Shown one piece after another: positions 47,780 through 57,800 of a stretch of DNA of 64,000 nt (its first letter is position 1; each line of letters opens with the position of its first letter). The position numbers and the translations under genes were made by a program. Below the pieces are notes generated by a model, which made no database searches, was not told the DNA's origin, and was given only the letters and a program-made list of their open reading frames with translations. The stretch spans positions 832,001 to 896,000 of the forward strand of contig CAWJEN010000006.1 of the NCBI GenBank assembly GCA_963841915.1, written 5' to 3'. This DNA comes from an uncultured Planctomycetota bacterium. GTDB lineage: Bacteria > Planctomycetota > Phycisphaerae > Tepidisphaerales > Tepidisphaeraceae.

Positions 47780-49750
47780 ATGCTTATGTCCATGACCCGC
47801 CGTACTGCCGTTGATGTCGCCGTCCTGCAGACGCTTGAAGGCCGCAGGCTCCTGTCTGCCTCGGTTTTCGACTCCGAAGCCGTCTCAGCGCGGGTGATCG
47901 ATGCACCAATCATGGTCGGTCAGACGGTGCCGGCCGGTTACGACTCGGACGGTGCTCCAACGGAAGGAACGGTCCAGGCCACGCCGTCGACTTATGGCGA
48001 GCTTCACGCGTTGCCGGTTCCAGAGTTTTTCGGCCCGCAAGCGATACAGACGGTCGAGCCGCAGGCCGCTCCGCTGAGCGAGACGTTCCAGCTCAACAGC
48101 CGCCCGGGTGCGAACCAGGTGATCTACCTCGACTTCGACGGCCACACAACGACGAACACCACCTGGAATTTCCAGGGTTATGGTCAGACGATCGTCACGC
48201 CGGCCTTCAACTCCGAGGGCAGCGACAGCTCGTTCACGAATAATGAGCTGACGCAGATCCAGAACGTGTGGGAGCGGGTCGCTGAGGACTTTGCCCCCTT
48301 CGATGTCAACGTAACGACGCAAGAGCCGACCCAAGACTATTTGCGGCGTAGCGGCTCCAACGACCAGGAATGGGGCGTTCGTTTGGTCATCGGCCCCAAC
48401 ACGTTCTTTAGCTCAGCCGGCGGCGTCGCGTACGTCGGCTCGTTCAACGACACCACCGACACGCCCGCCTTCGTCTTCAGCCCGTCGCTCGGCAACAGCA
48501 CCAAGAACATTGCTGAGGCGACCAGCCACGAAGCGGGTCACACCCTCGGCCTCTTCCACGACGGCGAGAGCCCGGGTGACGGTGACTACTACCGCGGACA
48601 CGACAGCGGCGCGACCGGTTGGGCACCAATCATGGGCATTGGCTACGGCAAGCAACTCACCCAATGGAGCAAGGGCGAATACACAGGTGCAACCGCGTTT
48701 CAGGATGACTTAGCCATCATCGCCGGTAACGGAAACGGCTTCGGCTACATCGCGGACGATTATTCAGACCCGATCGACACCAGCGGCGGGTTCATCACGC
48801 AGGACGTCAACGGCAACTTCGCTCGTGACGGCCTCATCACGACCGAGTTTGACCAGGACACGTTCGCCTTTACCCACGGCGGCGGACCGCTGACGGTCAA
48901 TGTCAATGTGCCGGGCTCCATCGCCAATCTGGACGCACAGCTCCAGCTGTTCAGGCAGAATGCCGACGGGTCGTTTACCGCCGTCTCCAGCAGCAACCCG
49001 GCCTCCAGCCTCAACGCCTCAATCAGCGGCAGCTACACGTCTGGCACCTACCTCGCCCGCGTTGACGGCCTGGGCAAAGGCAATCCCTTCGCAAACTCCC
49101 CCAGCGGCTACACCGATTACGGCTCGATCGGCCAGTACAGGATCTTTGTCGACGCCTCACCCAGCGACATCACGGCACCGGTCGTGACGGACATGTTCCT
49201 GTCGTCGAGCAGCTGGTCGTCGTCCTTCCTCAGCTCGGTTGATCCGACCGGCGGCACCGGCTACGCCATCGTCAGCAACGGCCAACACGTCGGCGGCCGG
49301 ACCCTGCCTTGGTCGGGGCTCGACACGCTGACCGTGAAGTTCAGCGAAGAGGTTCTCTTCGGCGCAAGCGGTTCCTCCCCGCTCGAAGCTGCTGTCGCCG
49401 GCAACGCGGTCGGCGTGGCCAGCACTTACAGCTACGACGCGCAAACCAAGACTGCCGTCTTCACCTTCAACAGCTCACTTACCGGTGGTGAGGCAACGTT
49501 CGGCTTCAGCGGCGGAACGACAGACTTTGCAGGCAACGAGCTGCAGGCCTCTGCGTCCGCCCGCGTGCTGCCCGGCGATGCCAACGGCGACGGTGTCGTG
49601 TCGATCCTCGATTTTGCCGCTCTCCGCAGCGCGTTCAGCACGACGCCCGTACAGTCGAACTACAGCGTCTTCACTGACTACACCGGTGACGGCTTCGTCT
49701 CGATCCTCGACTTTGCCGTCCTTCGCGGCAACTTCTCGGCGAGCGCCTGA
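47780..49750 (+). CDS. Secreted metzincin metalloprotease with Planctomycete LExRxLL motif and C-terminal dockerin-like repeats
   Basis: LEGRRLLS; IYLDFDG; HEAGHTLGLFH; Met-turn APIMG; two D.NGDG.VSILDF-type repeats; start approximate. Confidence 0.85.
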   Translation: MLMSMTRRTAVDVAVLQTLEGRRLLSASVFDSEAVSARVIDAPIMVGQTVPAGYDSDGAPTEGTVQATPSTYGELHALPVPEFFGPQAIQTVEPQAAPLSETFQLNSRPGANQVIYLDFDGHTTTNTTWNFQGYGQTIVTPAFNSEGSDSSFTNNELTQIQNVWERVAEDFAPFDVNVTTQEPTQDYLRRSGSNDQEWGVRLVIGPNTFFSSAGGVAYVGSFNDTTDTPAFVFSPSLGNSTKNIAEATSHEAGHTLGLFHDGESPGDGDYYRGHDSGATGWAPIMGIGYGKQLTQWSKGEYTGATAFQDDLAIIAGNGNGFGYIADDYSDPIDTSGGFITQDVNGNFARDGLITTEFDQDTFAFTHGGGPLTVNVNVPGSIANLDAQLQLFRQNADGSFTAVSSSNPASSLNASISGSYTSGTYLARVDGLGKGNPFANSPSGYTDYGSIGQYRIFVDASPSDITAPVVTDMFLSSSSWSSSFLSSVDPTGGTGYAIVSNGQHVGGRTLPWSGLDTLTVKFSEEVLFGASGSSPLEAAVAGNAVGVASTYSYDAQTKTAVFTFNSSLTGGEATFGFSGGTTDFAGNELQASASARVLPGDANGDGVVSILDFAALRSAFSTTPVQSNYSVFTDYTGDGFVSILDFAVLRGNFSASA

Positions 49751-49774
49751 GGCCAGCAACATCACGGTTTACAG

Positions 49775-49808
49775 GCGGCCGTCGACGCATCTGCGTCGGC
49801 GGCCGCTT
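49775..49808 (+). terminator. GC-rich hairpin after the protease gene
   Basis: GCGGCCGTCGACGC / GCGTCGGCGGCCGC stem with one wobble pair; only a weak T tail. Confidence 0.45.
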
Positions 49809-49852
49809 CGGTTGGCCCGTCGGTGATGCGAGTGCCTACGCTGCCGATCCCC

Positions 49853-49939
49853 GGAGAGATGCCCGAGTGGCTGAAGGGGCAGCACTGGAAATGCTGTGTG
49901 CGGTTTACCGTACCGGGAGTTCGAATCTCCCTCTCTCCG
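49853..49939 (+). tRNA. tRNA-Ser (anticodon GGA)
   Basis: Acceptor GGAGAGA/TCTCTCC + G; anticodon arm CAGCA-CTGGAAA-TGCTG; long variable arm; GTTCGAATC T-loop; CCA not encoded. Confidence 0.95.
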
Positions 49940-49945
49940 CTTTTG

Positions 49946-50425
49946 TTACTGACGATGCGACGCAGAAGGCGGCTGGTCCGCCTTCTCGTCGTCGCTGAGC
50001 TCGTCTACGAGGCTGCCAGGCCACATCGCCACCTTTGCCCGGTGAGCCGCCCGGGCAAGCATGTGGCTGCCGATCGGGGCGGCGATGAACACGAAGGCCA
50101 CGACCAGCAACGCCTTGGTCAACGCGACGATGCCCGGCGCGCCACCGGAGGCTTTGGAGTCGGTCTTGATCTCAAGTTGCGCCTCAGCCGCCCAAGAATC
50201 AGCGGCCTGGATCTGGTCGACGTTGCCGATGGTCGCGACGAAGAACACGAGCGCCCCCAGCAGCCCGATGATGCCGAGCGTGACACACTTGCTCGACGCG
50301 TGGCTTCGGCAGTAAACGTCTGGCAGGCGAACGACGCCGACTGCGCCGACGAGCATGAAAAACACGCCACCGACGAGGCAGAAGATCGTCAGCAACAGCA
50401 GAAAGATGACGAGCAGGCTCTCCAT
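49946..50425 (-). CDS. mrpG: Na+/H+ antiporter subunit G
   Basis: GAVGVVRLPDVYCRSHASSK, APIGSHMLARAA. Confidence 0.88.
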   Translation of the reverse strand: MESLLVIFLLLLTIFCLVGGVFFMLVGAVGVVRLPDVYCRSHASSKCVTLGIIGLLGALVFFVATIGNVDQIQAADSWAAEAQLEIKTDSKASGGAPGIVALTKALLVVAFVFIAAPIGSHMLARAAHRAKVAMWPGSLVDELSDDEKADQPPSASHRQ

Positions 50426-50745
50426 CAGGAAGACTCCTCGGGCTCTGGGTTGTGGACGAACGGCCGTGCGACGAACTGGGCGATGGCGACGGTGCCTGCA
50501 AAGCTGAGCAGGGCCAGCACGAGCATGCCGTCGATGAACAGGATTTCTCCGCCTCTGAGCGTCAAAATGATGACGAGACCGAGTACCTGCACGCCCATGG
50601 CATCGACGGCCACACCACGATCGGCCAGCGTCGGCCCGCGCACCAGCCGATACAGGCACAAACCGATGCCGATGATCAGCGCAATCAGTCCGATGATTGC
50701 CAGCACCTGAACGACGCTCGCCAGGAAAGTGATGACACTCGTCAT
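50425..50745 (-). CDS. mrpF: Na+/H+ antiporter subunit F
   Basis: YRLVRGPTLADRGVAVD, LSFAGTVAIA. Confidence 0.9.
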   Translation of the reverse strand: MTSVITFLASVVQVLAIIGLIALIIGIGLCLYRLVRGPTLADRGVAVDAMGVQVLGLVIILTLRGGEILFIDGMLVLALLSFAGTVAIAQFVARPFVHNPEPEESS

Positions 50746-51269
50746 GCAGCCACCTCCTCGGGCTCGTCGCCACCGCTTAGCAGCACGTCACGCTCCATGC
50801 GAACGCGCAGCGCGTCGAGGTCAGCGACGACGGCGGCGCGGTCCCGCGCAAACAGGGCGTGGATGTAGAGCAGCGTGCGGCCGTCGCTGGTCGTATTGAC
50901 GTCGACGACCAGCGTGCCGGGCGTGAGCGTGACGGCGCTGGAAAACGCGACGATGGCCGTCTCGCCGAGGCCCGTGACGTCGTACCGCAGGATACTCGGC
51001 TGGATCGACATGCCGGGCGTCAAGATTTCGCGGGCGATCTCCAGGTTGCTCTTGACGAGCAGCTTAAAGAAGTGAACGGCGAAGCCTGCGACGGCGAAGA
51101 GCCTGCGGCCGTAGGCGTTCCACAGCGTGTCTCGGCCGCGGATGCGGGCGAACAGCAGCAGCGTCGCATAGCCGAACGCAAAGCCGAGCGCCAATGTGTA
51201 AATCGACAGGTCGCCCCACAGGAAGACCCAAAGCACCGCCAGAAGCAGATTGACGACGAAAAGGCTCAT
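50742..51269 (-). CDS. mrpE: Na+/H+ antiporter subunit E
   Basis: SNLEIA, TLTPGT, LYIH. Confidence 0.9.
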   Translation of the reverse strand: MSLFVVNLLLAVLWVFLWGDLSIYTLALGFAFGYATLLLFARIRGRDTLWNAYGRRLFAVAGFAVHFFKLLVKSNLEIAREILTPGMSIQPSILRYDVTGLGETAIVAFSSAVTLTPGTLVVDVNTTSDGRTLLYIHALFARDRAAVVADLDALRVRMERDVLLSGGDEPEEVAA

Positions 51270-52870
51270 GGCATCACCTCCCGGGCAGGAAGCAGGTCAG
51301 CTGCACGCGAGCCTAACGCTGCTTCAACGTACTCGTTCGGCATTGCGACACTTGTTCCGGCCACCTTGGCGACTTCGAACAAAGGGCCGGCGAAGAGGCC
51401 GATGCATAGAGCAGCGACGACCAGGATTGTCGTCGCCCACAAGCCGGCGGCACGCCGCTGTGGACGGAAGTCGTCGGGTCGCGTCATCGACATCGAACCT
51501 TCGGGCGCGGGTGACCAGAACCCGTAGCTCCAGATCTTGGCCATGCTCAGCAGCGTCAGCGCGCCGGTGGCGACGGCGACGATGGCCAGAAAGATGCCCG
51601 CCGGGCCGCCGCGTGTGAAGCTCTGGGCAATCAGCAGGTACTTGCCGAAGAACCCACTGAGCGGTGGCAGACCAACGAGCGACAGCGCGGCAATCAGGAA
51701 CAGCGTGGCAAGCCACTTGTCTCGCGTGGCCAGCCCACCCATGCCGCTGAGATCGTCGGTGCCGGCATATTTCTCCATCGTCCCGCAGCACAAGAACAGC
51801 GCACACTTCACGACCATGTGCTGCATCATGTAGAGCAGGACGGCTGCAATGGCCAAGGCGGAAGCGACGGGGGACACGAAGGGCCCGACCGCCAGCGCGA
51901 TGCCGAGGATCATGTAGCCGACCTGGCTGATGACGTGGACGCTCAAGATGCGTCGCACCGTGCCGCTACCGACCGCACCGAGCACACCGAGGAACATCGT
52001 GCCCGCTGCAGCAATGACGAGCAACGGCCCGGCGGCCGACGAGACGGCCTCGGCCCCACCAAATGCTGTCACGAGCAGGCGGACAAGGGCGTAGACGCCG
52101 ACCTTGGTCAAGAGTCCCGCGTACAAGCCGCCGATGCTCGGCGGCAGGGTCGGGTAACTCTCTGGAAGCCAGAACCAGAGCGGAAAAGCTGCAGCCTTTG
52201 TGGCAAAGACGAAGGCGACTGCCACGACGGCCAAGGCAGCCCGGTCGTCGACCATGCCGGTGCGGGCCATCACCGCCATCTCGGCGAAGTTGAGCGTTCC
52301 CAGCGTGCCGTACACCCAACCGCAGCCGGCGACAAAGATCGCACTGACGACGAGGTTGAGGATGACGTACTTGCCGGCGTGACGCATCTGCCACGGCGTC
52401 GTGCCGCTGACGAGCAGGCCGTAGCTGGCCAGCAGCAGCACTTCGAAGCTCACAAACAAGTTGAACAGGTCACCGGCCACAAACGCCCAATTCACCCCCG
52501 CGACCATCATGGGCAACAGCGCGTTGACGTAGCCGCCGGCGAAGCGGGCAGGCGTCTGCGACAGCGAGTGCGCGTAGGCGACGCTCGTGACGAGGCCCGT
52601 CACCGCAAGCAGGCAAGCGGCGAACAGATCGGCAATGACGGTGATGCCGAACGGCGCGGGCCAATTGCCGATCTGGCTCGCCATGACACCACCGATGTTG
52701 TCGGGGCCGTTGTACAGCGAGCCGACCATCCAGATCGAGGCCAGCAGCGAAAGCACGAGTGATGTCAATGCAACTGCAGCCGTCGCCCGCCGATGACGGT
52801 GAATCAGCAAGTTGATCACGCCTGCCAGGAGTGGCAGCAGGATCGGGAGGATGACGAGCGTGGCGGGCAA
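51266..52870 (-). CDS. mrpD: Na+/H+ antiporter subunit D
   Basis: GNWPAPFGI, GDLFNLFVSFEV, FPLWFWLPESY, LLTKVGVY, GLPPLSGF. Confidence 0.92.
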   Translation of the reverse strand: MPATLVILPILLPLLAGVINLLIHRHRRATAAVALTSLVLSLLASIWMVGSLYNGPDNIGGVMASQIGNWPAPFGITVIADLFAACLLAVTGLVTSVAYAHSLSQTPARFAGGYVNALLPMMVAGVNWAFVAGDLFNLFVSFEVLLLASYGLLVSGTTPWQMRHAGKYVILNLVVSAIFVAGCGWVYGTLGTLNFAEMAVMARTGMVDDRAALAVVAVAFVFATKAAAFPLWFWLPESYPTLPPSIGGLYAGLLTKVGVYALVRLLVTAFGGAEAVSSAAGPLLVIAAAGTMFLGVLGAVGSGTVRRILSVHVISQVGYMILGIALAVGPFVSPVASALAIAAVLLYMMQHMVVKCALFLCCGTMEKYAGTDDLSGMGGLATRDKWLATLFLIAALSLVGLPPLSGFFGKYLLIAQSFTRGGPAGIFLAIVAVATGALTLLSMAKIWSYGFWSPAPEGSMSMTRPDDFRPQRRAAGLWATTILVVAALCIGLFAGPLFEVAKVAGTSVAMPNEYVEAALGSRAADLLPAREVMP

Positions 52871-52882
52871 AGGTGCTTTGAA

Positions 52883-53245
52883 TTACGCGGCAGGACGGGG
52901 CGTGGGGGTGTCGGTGAGCTCAGCGGTTTCGAGCGTGCGGGTGCGACGCCACGTCACGACGAGCAGGGTCAGCAGAAAAGCCTGGACGGCAAGGCCGATG
53001 ACGATGGCCGTCAGGACCAGTGCCTGCGGCAGCGGGTCAACCTCGCTGCCGAGAATCAGGCCAGACTCGCCTAGCACGGGTGGCCGCTTGCCAATTGGAC
53101 CGCGGCTGACGGTGAGGATGGCGAGGTTGGCACCGTGTCCGAGCAGAAACACGCCCATGGCGACGGCTTTGAGCTCTTTGCTCAGCAGCAGATAGACGCT
53201 TGCGGCAAAGAGGACGCCGACGGTAATGGCAGAGAGCAGGGGCAT
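52883..53245 (-). CDS. mrpC: Na+/H+ antiporter subunit C
   Basis: GHGANL, DPLPQALVLTAIVI. Confidence 0.92.
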   Translation of the reverse strand: MPLLSAITVGVLFAASVYLLLSKELKAVAMGVFLLGHGANLAILTVSRGPIGKRPPVLGESGLILGSEVDPLPQALVLTAIVIGLAVQAFLLTLLVVTWRRTRTLETAELTDTPTPRPAA

Positions 53246-56200
53246 TATTCGAGCTCCCGTGCAAGAGCGTCAACCATACCGACGAGGCTGCCGACGACGA
53301 CGAGGAAGACGCCGAGATCAAAGACCGCGACGGTCGCCCAGTGATAGGAGCCGCCATTAATGAGCGGCAGGTAGCCGTTGTTGCTGCTCAGCAAAGGCAA
53401 CCCCAACAACAACGGCACGACGGCTGTCAGGATGGCAAGCAAGAGGCCCGTACCAATGAGCGTCCGCTCGCGAACAGGCAGGAGCTTGTACAAAGCCTGG
53501 CATCCGAAACACATGCGGAAGACGATGAGCGCCACCGCCGCCGCCAGGCCACCGACAAATCCGCCGCCGGGCGTCTGGTGACCTTTGAAGAAGAGGTAAG
53601 CCGAGAACATCAGGGCGAGCGGCAGCAGAATGCGGCTGGCGACCTTCAGGATCGGGCTGGAGATGTACTCGGTGCCGACCGGGTGGTCGCCGCGAATGTC
53701 CTGCAGGCCGGGCGTGACGAAGGGCGCGCGGAAGGTGTCCTCGTGCGGGTCGCTGCGGTTGTCTTTGCCCCCGGCGTCACCGTCGTGCGGCGGCTTGCGG
53801 AGAAGCGTCCAAACGCCCAAGGCTGCGAGGCCGAGCACGCCGATCTCGCCGAACGTGTCAAAGCCGCGGAAGTCGACCAGAATCACGTTGACAACGTTGC
53901 CACCACCGCCGCCCTTGTGGATGGCGAGCGTCTCCTCGTCGCGTTCATCTCCGGGTGACTTTTTGTGTGCGTAGCCGGAGCCGAAACTCTTGAGGTGTGA
54001 ATCTCCCCGGTCAACGACGCCACTACCGACGCGATCTGCCTCGACTGCTTTAAGGTCCTGGGCCTTGTAGCTGTTCCGCAGGAAGAAGTCACCGAGCGGA
54101 AGGCTGCCCGTCTCATCCGAGAGGGCAACCACACGATCCGGCCGATTACCCGTCGAAGCGACCAGCGTCACACCACCGACCACGGTGCCGACGACGACTG
54201 CCAGGACGAGCCGAGGAGCAACAAAGGAGCGGTCACCCGGGCTCTCCGTCGGCAGCAGGTTCAGCACCAACAGGAACAAGATCAGGCTGACGATCTCGAC
54301 GCTGAGCTGCGTTAATGCCAGGTCCGGAGCCGCGTACACGTAGAAGGTCGCGCTGACAGCAAACCCCACGGTGCCGAGCACCAGCACGCGGGTCACGCGG
54401 TCGCGGATAAGCACCATCGTGACAGCTGCGACGCAGATCAACGTCGGCAACAGCCAGGCGAGCGGCTGGCTCCAAGGCGATGGCAGGCCGTCGCCGTTGT
54501 CTCGCGCGTGCTGCCAGGCCTCGACCGGCAGCGCCAGCCAGCGACCACCTGCGGTCCAGAGGAACAAACCCGCGAGCACGAGCAGCGTCGCGAAGGTGTA
54601 CCACCGCAAGCGGCCCGTCTGCATCAGGCCAAAAGTCGCTTTGCCGCCACCGACAATCGTCCCGTAGGCGGCGGGAAAGACGCGATCGTGCACGTCGCCG
54701 CGGAAGCCGTGCCAGAAGTCGGACCAACCCAGCAGCACGCCGATGATGATGCCGACGACGCTTGCAAGCAGCGGCACGCCCGGGTGCGTGACGACGTACC
54801 ACAACGAAAACAGCTTCTCCGGATAGGCCGTCGGGTAGAACGGCGTGGCCTCGAGCGGCATCAGCCAACCGGCGATGAAGACGCCGAACAGCCCGCCGAT
54901 GTACTGCAACGCGACGAGCAGAGCGGCCGGCATCCAGAGCATGTGGTGCCAGATCGCCGCGTCGTGATGCGCGTCATCATGGTGCTCGTCTGGTGCGTGT
55001 TCCTGTTCGCTCCTGGCAAAGAACGTGCGAGCGAACCGCACCAGGATCGCCACGTTGCAGACGCTGACGAAGACGGTCGCGACCAGCAGGGCGATCAGCC
55101 AAATCGAGTGCGTCTCCTTGAAGCCGTGCCAGATCTGGTAGAGGAACGCCTCCTTGGCGAAGAAACTGAAGGTCCCCGGCACTGCCGCCAAGGCGACCAT
55201 TGCCGCCAAGAAGAGGCCGCTGTACAGCTTCCGCTCGCCGCCAGCATGCCAGGCGCCCGTCATGCCGCTCAGCGCTTTGATGCCAAGTGCATGTGCACAC
55301 GCACCGGCCAGAATGAACAGCGGTGCCTTGTACAGCGCGTGGTTGAGGATCTGCGCGTTGCCCCAGACGAGGTTGGCTTCGCCTTCGTAGTCGAAGTGGC
55401 TCAGGCCGAACGCACAGGCGAGCAGGCCGAGCTGGCTGATAGTTGTGTAGGCCAGAATCTGTTTCAGCACGTCACGCTGCAGAGCGATCCAGGCCCCGAG
55501 GACCATCGTGATGCTGCCAAAACCGACGATGACCCAAGGCCACGCCTCCAGCCCCGACAGGTTCGGCCACAACCTTGCGAGCAGGTAGATGCCCGCCTTG
55601 ACCATGGCCGCGCTGTGCAGGTAAGCGCTGATCGGTGTGGGCGCCAGCATCGCACCCGGCAGCCAGTAGTGCAGCGGCCACTGCGCGCTCTTGGCTGCGA
55701 TGCCGCCGTAAACAAGCACAAACGCAGCCACCACTGTCGAGGACGATGCCACCGGTCCGAGCTGCGAGAACGCCCACGCATCCGTCGACACCGCCAGCCA
55801 GACCAGCCCGCCCAGCAACGCCAAGCCGCCGAAGCCGGTCGTAGCGAAGGCCTGCAGGGCGTTCTTGACGCTCTTCTTGTCGTTGGGATCCCAGCCGATG
55901 AGCAGGAAGCTCGTGACGCTCGTCATCTCCCAGAACAGGAGCATCAACAGCAAGTCGTCGCTAAGCACGAGGCCCAGCATCGCCGTCATGAACGAGGTGA
56001 TAAGCGGGAAGAACTTGCCGACATCGCCCGGCGAATCGCCCAGGTACGCCCGGCCGTAGAGGCAGATCAGGCAACCGATGCCCGCGACCAGCAGGGCGAA
56101 GAACGCCCCGAGCGCGTCCGCCCGCAAAGCCAAGTCCAGGTTCAGCCCCGGCATCCACGGCAGACTCACACGGCCGTGGTCAACGCCGTAGCTGCCGAGG

Positions 56201-56397
56201 TAGACGAAGAGCAGAATCAGCGAGACGACCGGCCCGCCGAGCGAGACGAGCGTTTTCAGCGTCGTCGCCGCCCGCGGCAGAACGAGCGTCAGGAGTCCCA
56301 GGATGGCTGGCGCAAAGACGGCCAGCAGGAGCAGCCAGGTTTCTGATTGCGCCGCCGTTCGATCGAAGATGAGTGGATCGCCGACGGCGGCAAGCAT
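53245..56397 (-). CDS. mrpA: Na+/H+ antiporter subunit A fused to B (group 2 Mrp)
   Basis: FWEMTSVTSFLLIG, KSAQWPLHYWLP, APTPISAYLHSA, APDLALTQ, NVVNVILVDFRGFDT; MrpB part GHQTPGGGFVGG, FDLGV. Confidence 0.92.
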   Translation of the reverse strand: MLAAVGDPLIFDRTAAQSETWLLLLAVFAPAILGLLTLVLPRAATTLKTLVSLGGPVVSLILLFVYLGSYGVDHGRVSLPWMPGLNLDLALRADALGAFFALLVAGIGCLICLYGRAYLGDSPGDVGKFFPLITSFMTAMLGLVLSDDLLLMLLFWEMTSVTSFLLIGWDPNDKKSVKNALQAFATTGFGGLALLGGLVWLAVSTDAWAFSQLGPVASSSTVVAAFVLVYGGIAAKSAQWPLHYWLPGAMLAPTPISAYLHSAAMVKAGIYLLARLWPNLSGLEAWPWVIVGFGSITMVLGAWIALQRDVLKQILAYTTISQLGLLACAFGLSHFDYEGEANLVWGNAQILNHALYKAPLFILAGACAHALGIKALSGMTGAWHAGGERKLYSGLFLAAMVALAAVPGTFSFFAKEAFLYQIWHGFKETHSIWLIALLVATVFVSVCNVAILVRFARTFFARSEQEHAPDEHHDDAHHDAAIWHHMLWMPAALLVALQYIGGLFGVFIAGWLMPLEATPFYPTAYPEKLFSLWYVVTHPGVPLLASVVGIIIGVLLGWSDFWHGFRGDVHDRVFPAAYGTIVGGGKATFGLMQTGRLRWYTFATLLVLAGLFLWTAGGRWLALPVEAWQHARDNGDGLPSPWSQPLAWLLPTLICVAAVTMVLIRDRVTRVLVLGTVGFAVSATFYVYAAPDLALTQLSVEIVSLILFLLVLNLLPTESPGDRSFVAPRLVLAVVVGTVVGGVTLVASTGNRPDRVVALSDETGSLPLGDFFLRNSYKAQDLKAVEADRVGSGVVDRGDSHLKSFGSGYAHKKSPGDERDEETLAIHKGGGGGNVVNVILVDFRGFDTFGEIGVLGLAALGVWTLLRKPPHDGDAGGKDNRSDPHEDTFRAPFVTPGLQDIRGDHPVGTEYISSPILKVASRILLPLALMFSAYLFFKGHQTPGGGFVGGLAAAVALIVFRMCFGCQALYKLLPVRERTLIGTGLLLAILTAVVPLLLGLPLLSSNNGYLPLINGGSYHWATVAVFDLGVFLVVVGSLVGMVDALARELE

Positions 56398-56471
56398 GGA
56401 CGCGGCGAGGTTAGGGCCAAGCGTCCGATGCGTCGACGTGTGTCACCCGATCGTGACAGCGGCGTCATGCC

Positions 56472-57713
56472 TCACCGCGTCGAAAGCATCGTTTCGAACA
56501 TCGTCTTGCCCGCGTGGCGGTAGAAGCGCGTGCGGTAGACGTAGCCGTCACCGGGCCTGGTAACGAGGGCGGGCAAGTCGCCGCCGACGTCGAGCTCGAA
56601 GCGCAAACGCGAGTTGTCGAGCGGGCGGCCCCGGGCGTCGTTGAACAACGGCGTCGGGTCGGCAGGACTGGCCCGCTGGATGCCCTCGTGCTCGCGGTGC
56701 AGGCGAAAGCCGTTGGCAAGGACGTATTGCCGAAACTCTGCCGCACTACTGAACCGCATGCCACGATCACTGAGAATCGCCAGCATGCCCGCCAGCACGT
56801 CGTGGCGGTCTACCTCCTTGGCCGCCTGCGTCGGCTCCAGGGCCAGCACGTACGTTTCAAACCGCTTTCGAAAACCGTCCAGATTCTGCCCGAAGTGACG
56901 CCGCCAAGCAGGGTCGCCTGGCGTGCCGGCAGCGACGTCGGTCAGAAATGCGTTTAGCCGGTCGCGGTACAGCGGCGTCCCGTTTGCATCGGCGGCGTAG
57001 GCCAGAAAATGGACCATCGCCCACGCCTGGGCGTACAGCTCGGCCCCGTCGCGACGATCCTCCATCACCCGCGACCATGCCCGCTGCTTCATCCCCAGCA
57101 TCGCGTCGAAGTCGATCAGCCGTCCCTCGCGGGCGGCCCGCTGCACGATCAACAGCGGCACCGGTGGCACCTCGCCCATGACCAGGCCCGCATCGGTCGG
57201 CACGGCGTGTTCGAACAGCTGTGCCAATCCTTCATTCGCCCACAGTGGCAGGCCGGGGCCGAGCGTCTCGTAGGCAAATTGGTGAAACGCCTCATGCCGA
57301 AGGGTGCGGCGCAATTCTCCCCGGCCGCGGTCGCCGAGGAATCCGCTGAGCAGGCGGCGTCGGCTGTCGAACATGCCGGCGCTGTTGGCGATAGCGTTCT
57401 CGCCGCCGTCATTTTTGTAGTCCGACTCGCTGAGGAACAAGCGGACGTCGTAACGGCCTTGCTTCGTCTGCCGCTCGGGGGCCAGGGCTCCGAGGCGGCG
57501 GTCGTACTCGGCCCAGCAGCGCTCCAGCTCGCCTGCCAGGTCATTTGTCGTGGCGTCGTCGAGGTCGCTGTAGATCCGGTAGTGCTCGGTCAGCAACGGC
57601 GGCGTTGCCGTCGGTGTGGCATTGGAGCGTGCGCCGGCTGCGACGAGCAGCAGGGCGGCCGTGACGAGCAGGCCGCGTGCGAGGTGAGGAAGTTGACGGA
57701 TCTTCGTCAGCAT
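56472..57713 (-). CDS. DUF1570-family putative zinc peptidase, secreted
   Basis: HEAFHQF, PLWANEGLAQ, YAQAWAMVHFL. Confidence 0.8.
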   Translation of the reverse strand: MLTKIRQLPHLARGLLVTAALLLVAAGARSNATPTATPPLLTEHYRIYSDLDDATTNDLAGELERCWAEYDRRLGALAPERQTKQGRYDVRLFLSESDYKNDGGENAIANSAGMFDSRRRLLSGFLGDRGRGELRRTLRHEAFHQFAYETLGPGLPLWANEGLAQLFEHAVPTDAGLVMGEVPPVPLLIVQRAAREGRLIDFDAMLGMKQRAWSRVMEDRRDGAELYAQAWAMVHFLAYAADANGTPLYRDRLNAFLTDVAAGTPGDPAWRRHFGQNLDGFRKRFETYVLALEPTQAAKEVDRHDVLAGMLAILSDRGMRFSSAAEFRQYVLANGFRLHREHEGIQRASPADPTPLFNDARGRPLDNSRLRFELDVGGDLPALVTRPGDGYVYRTRFYRHAGKTMFETMLSTR

Positions 57714-57800
57714 CGGGAGGTGGGTCGGCCGCTATAGTCGCCGCCGCCAGGCTGTAGCCCTTTGTGGTTATCGGCCGTTTGCTCGCATCGCATCACCGCC

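Noticed and set aside
49560..49740. Direct repeat TCGATCCTCGAyTTTGCCG near the end of the protease gene
   Set aside because: Explained by the duplicated dockerin-like calcium-binding motif at protein level
49853..49939. tRNA-Ser as an integration site for an island or prophage
   Set aside because: No integrase, no duplicated tRNA 3' end seen, and flanking genes are ordinary chromosomal genes
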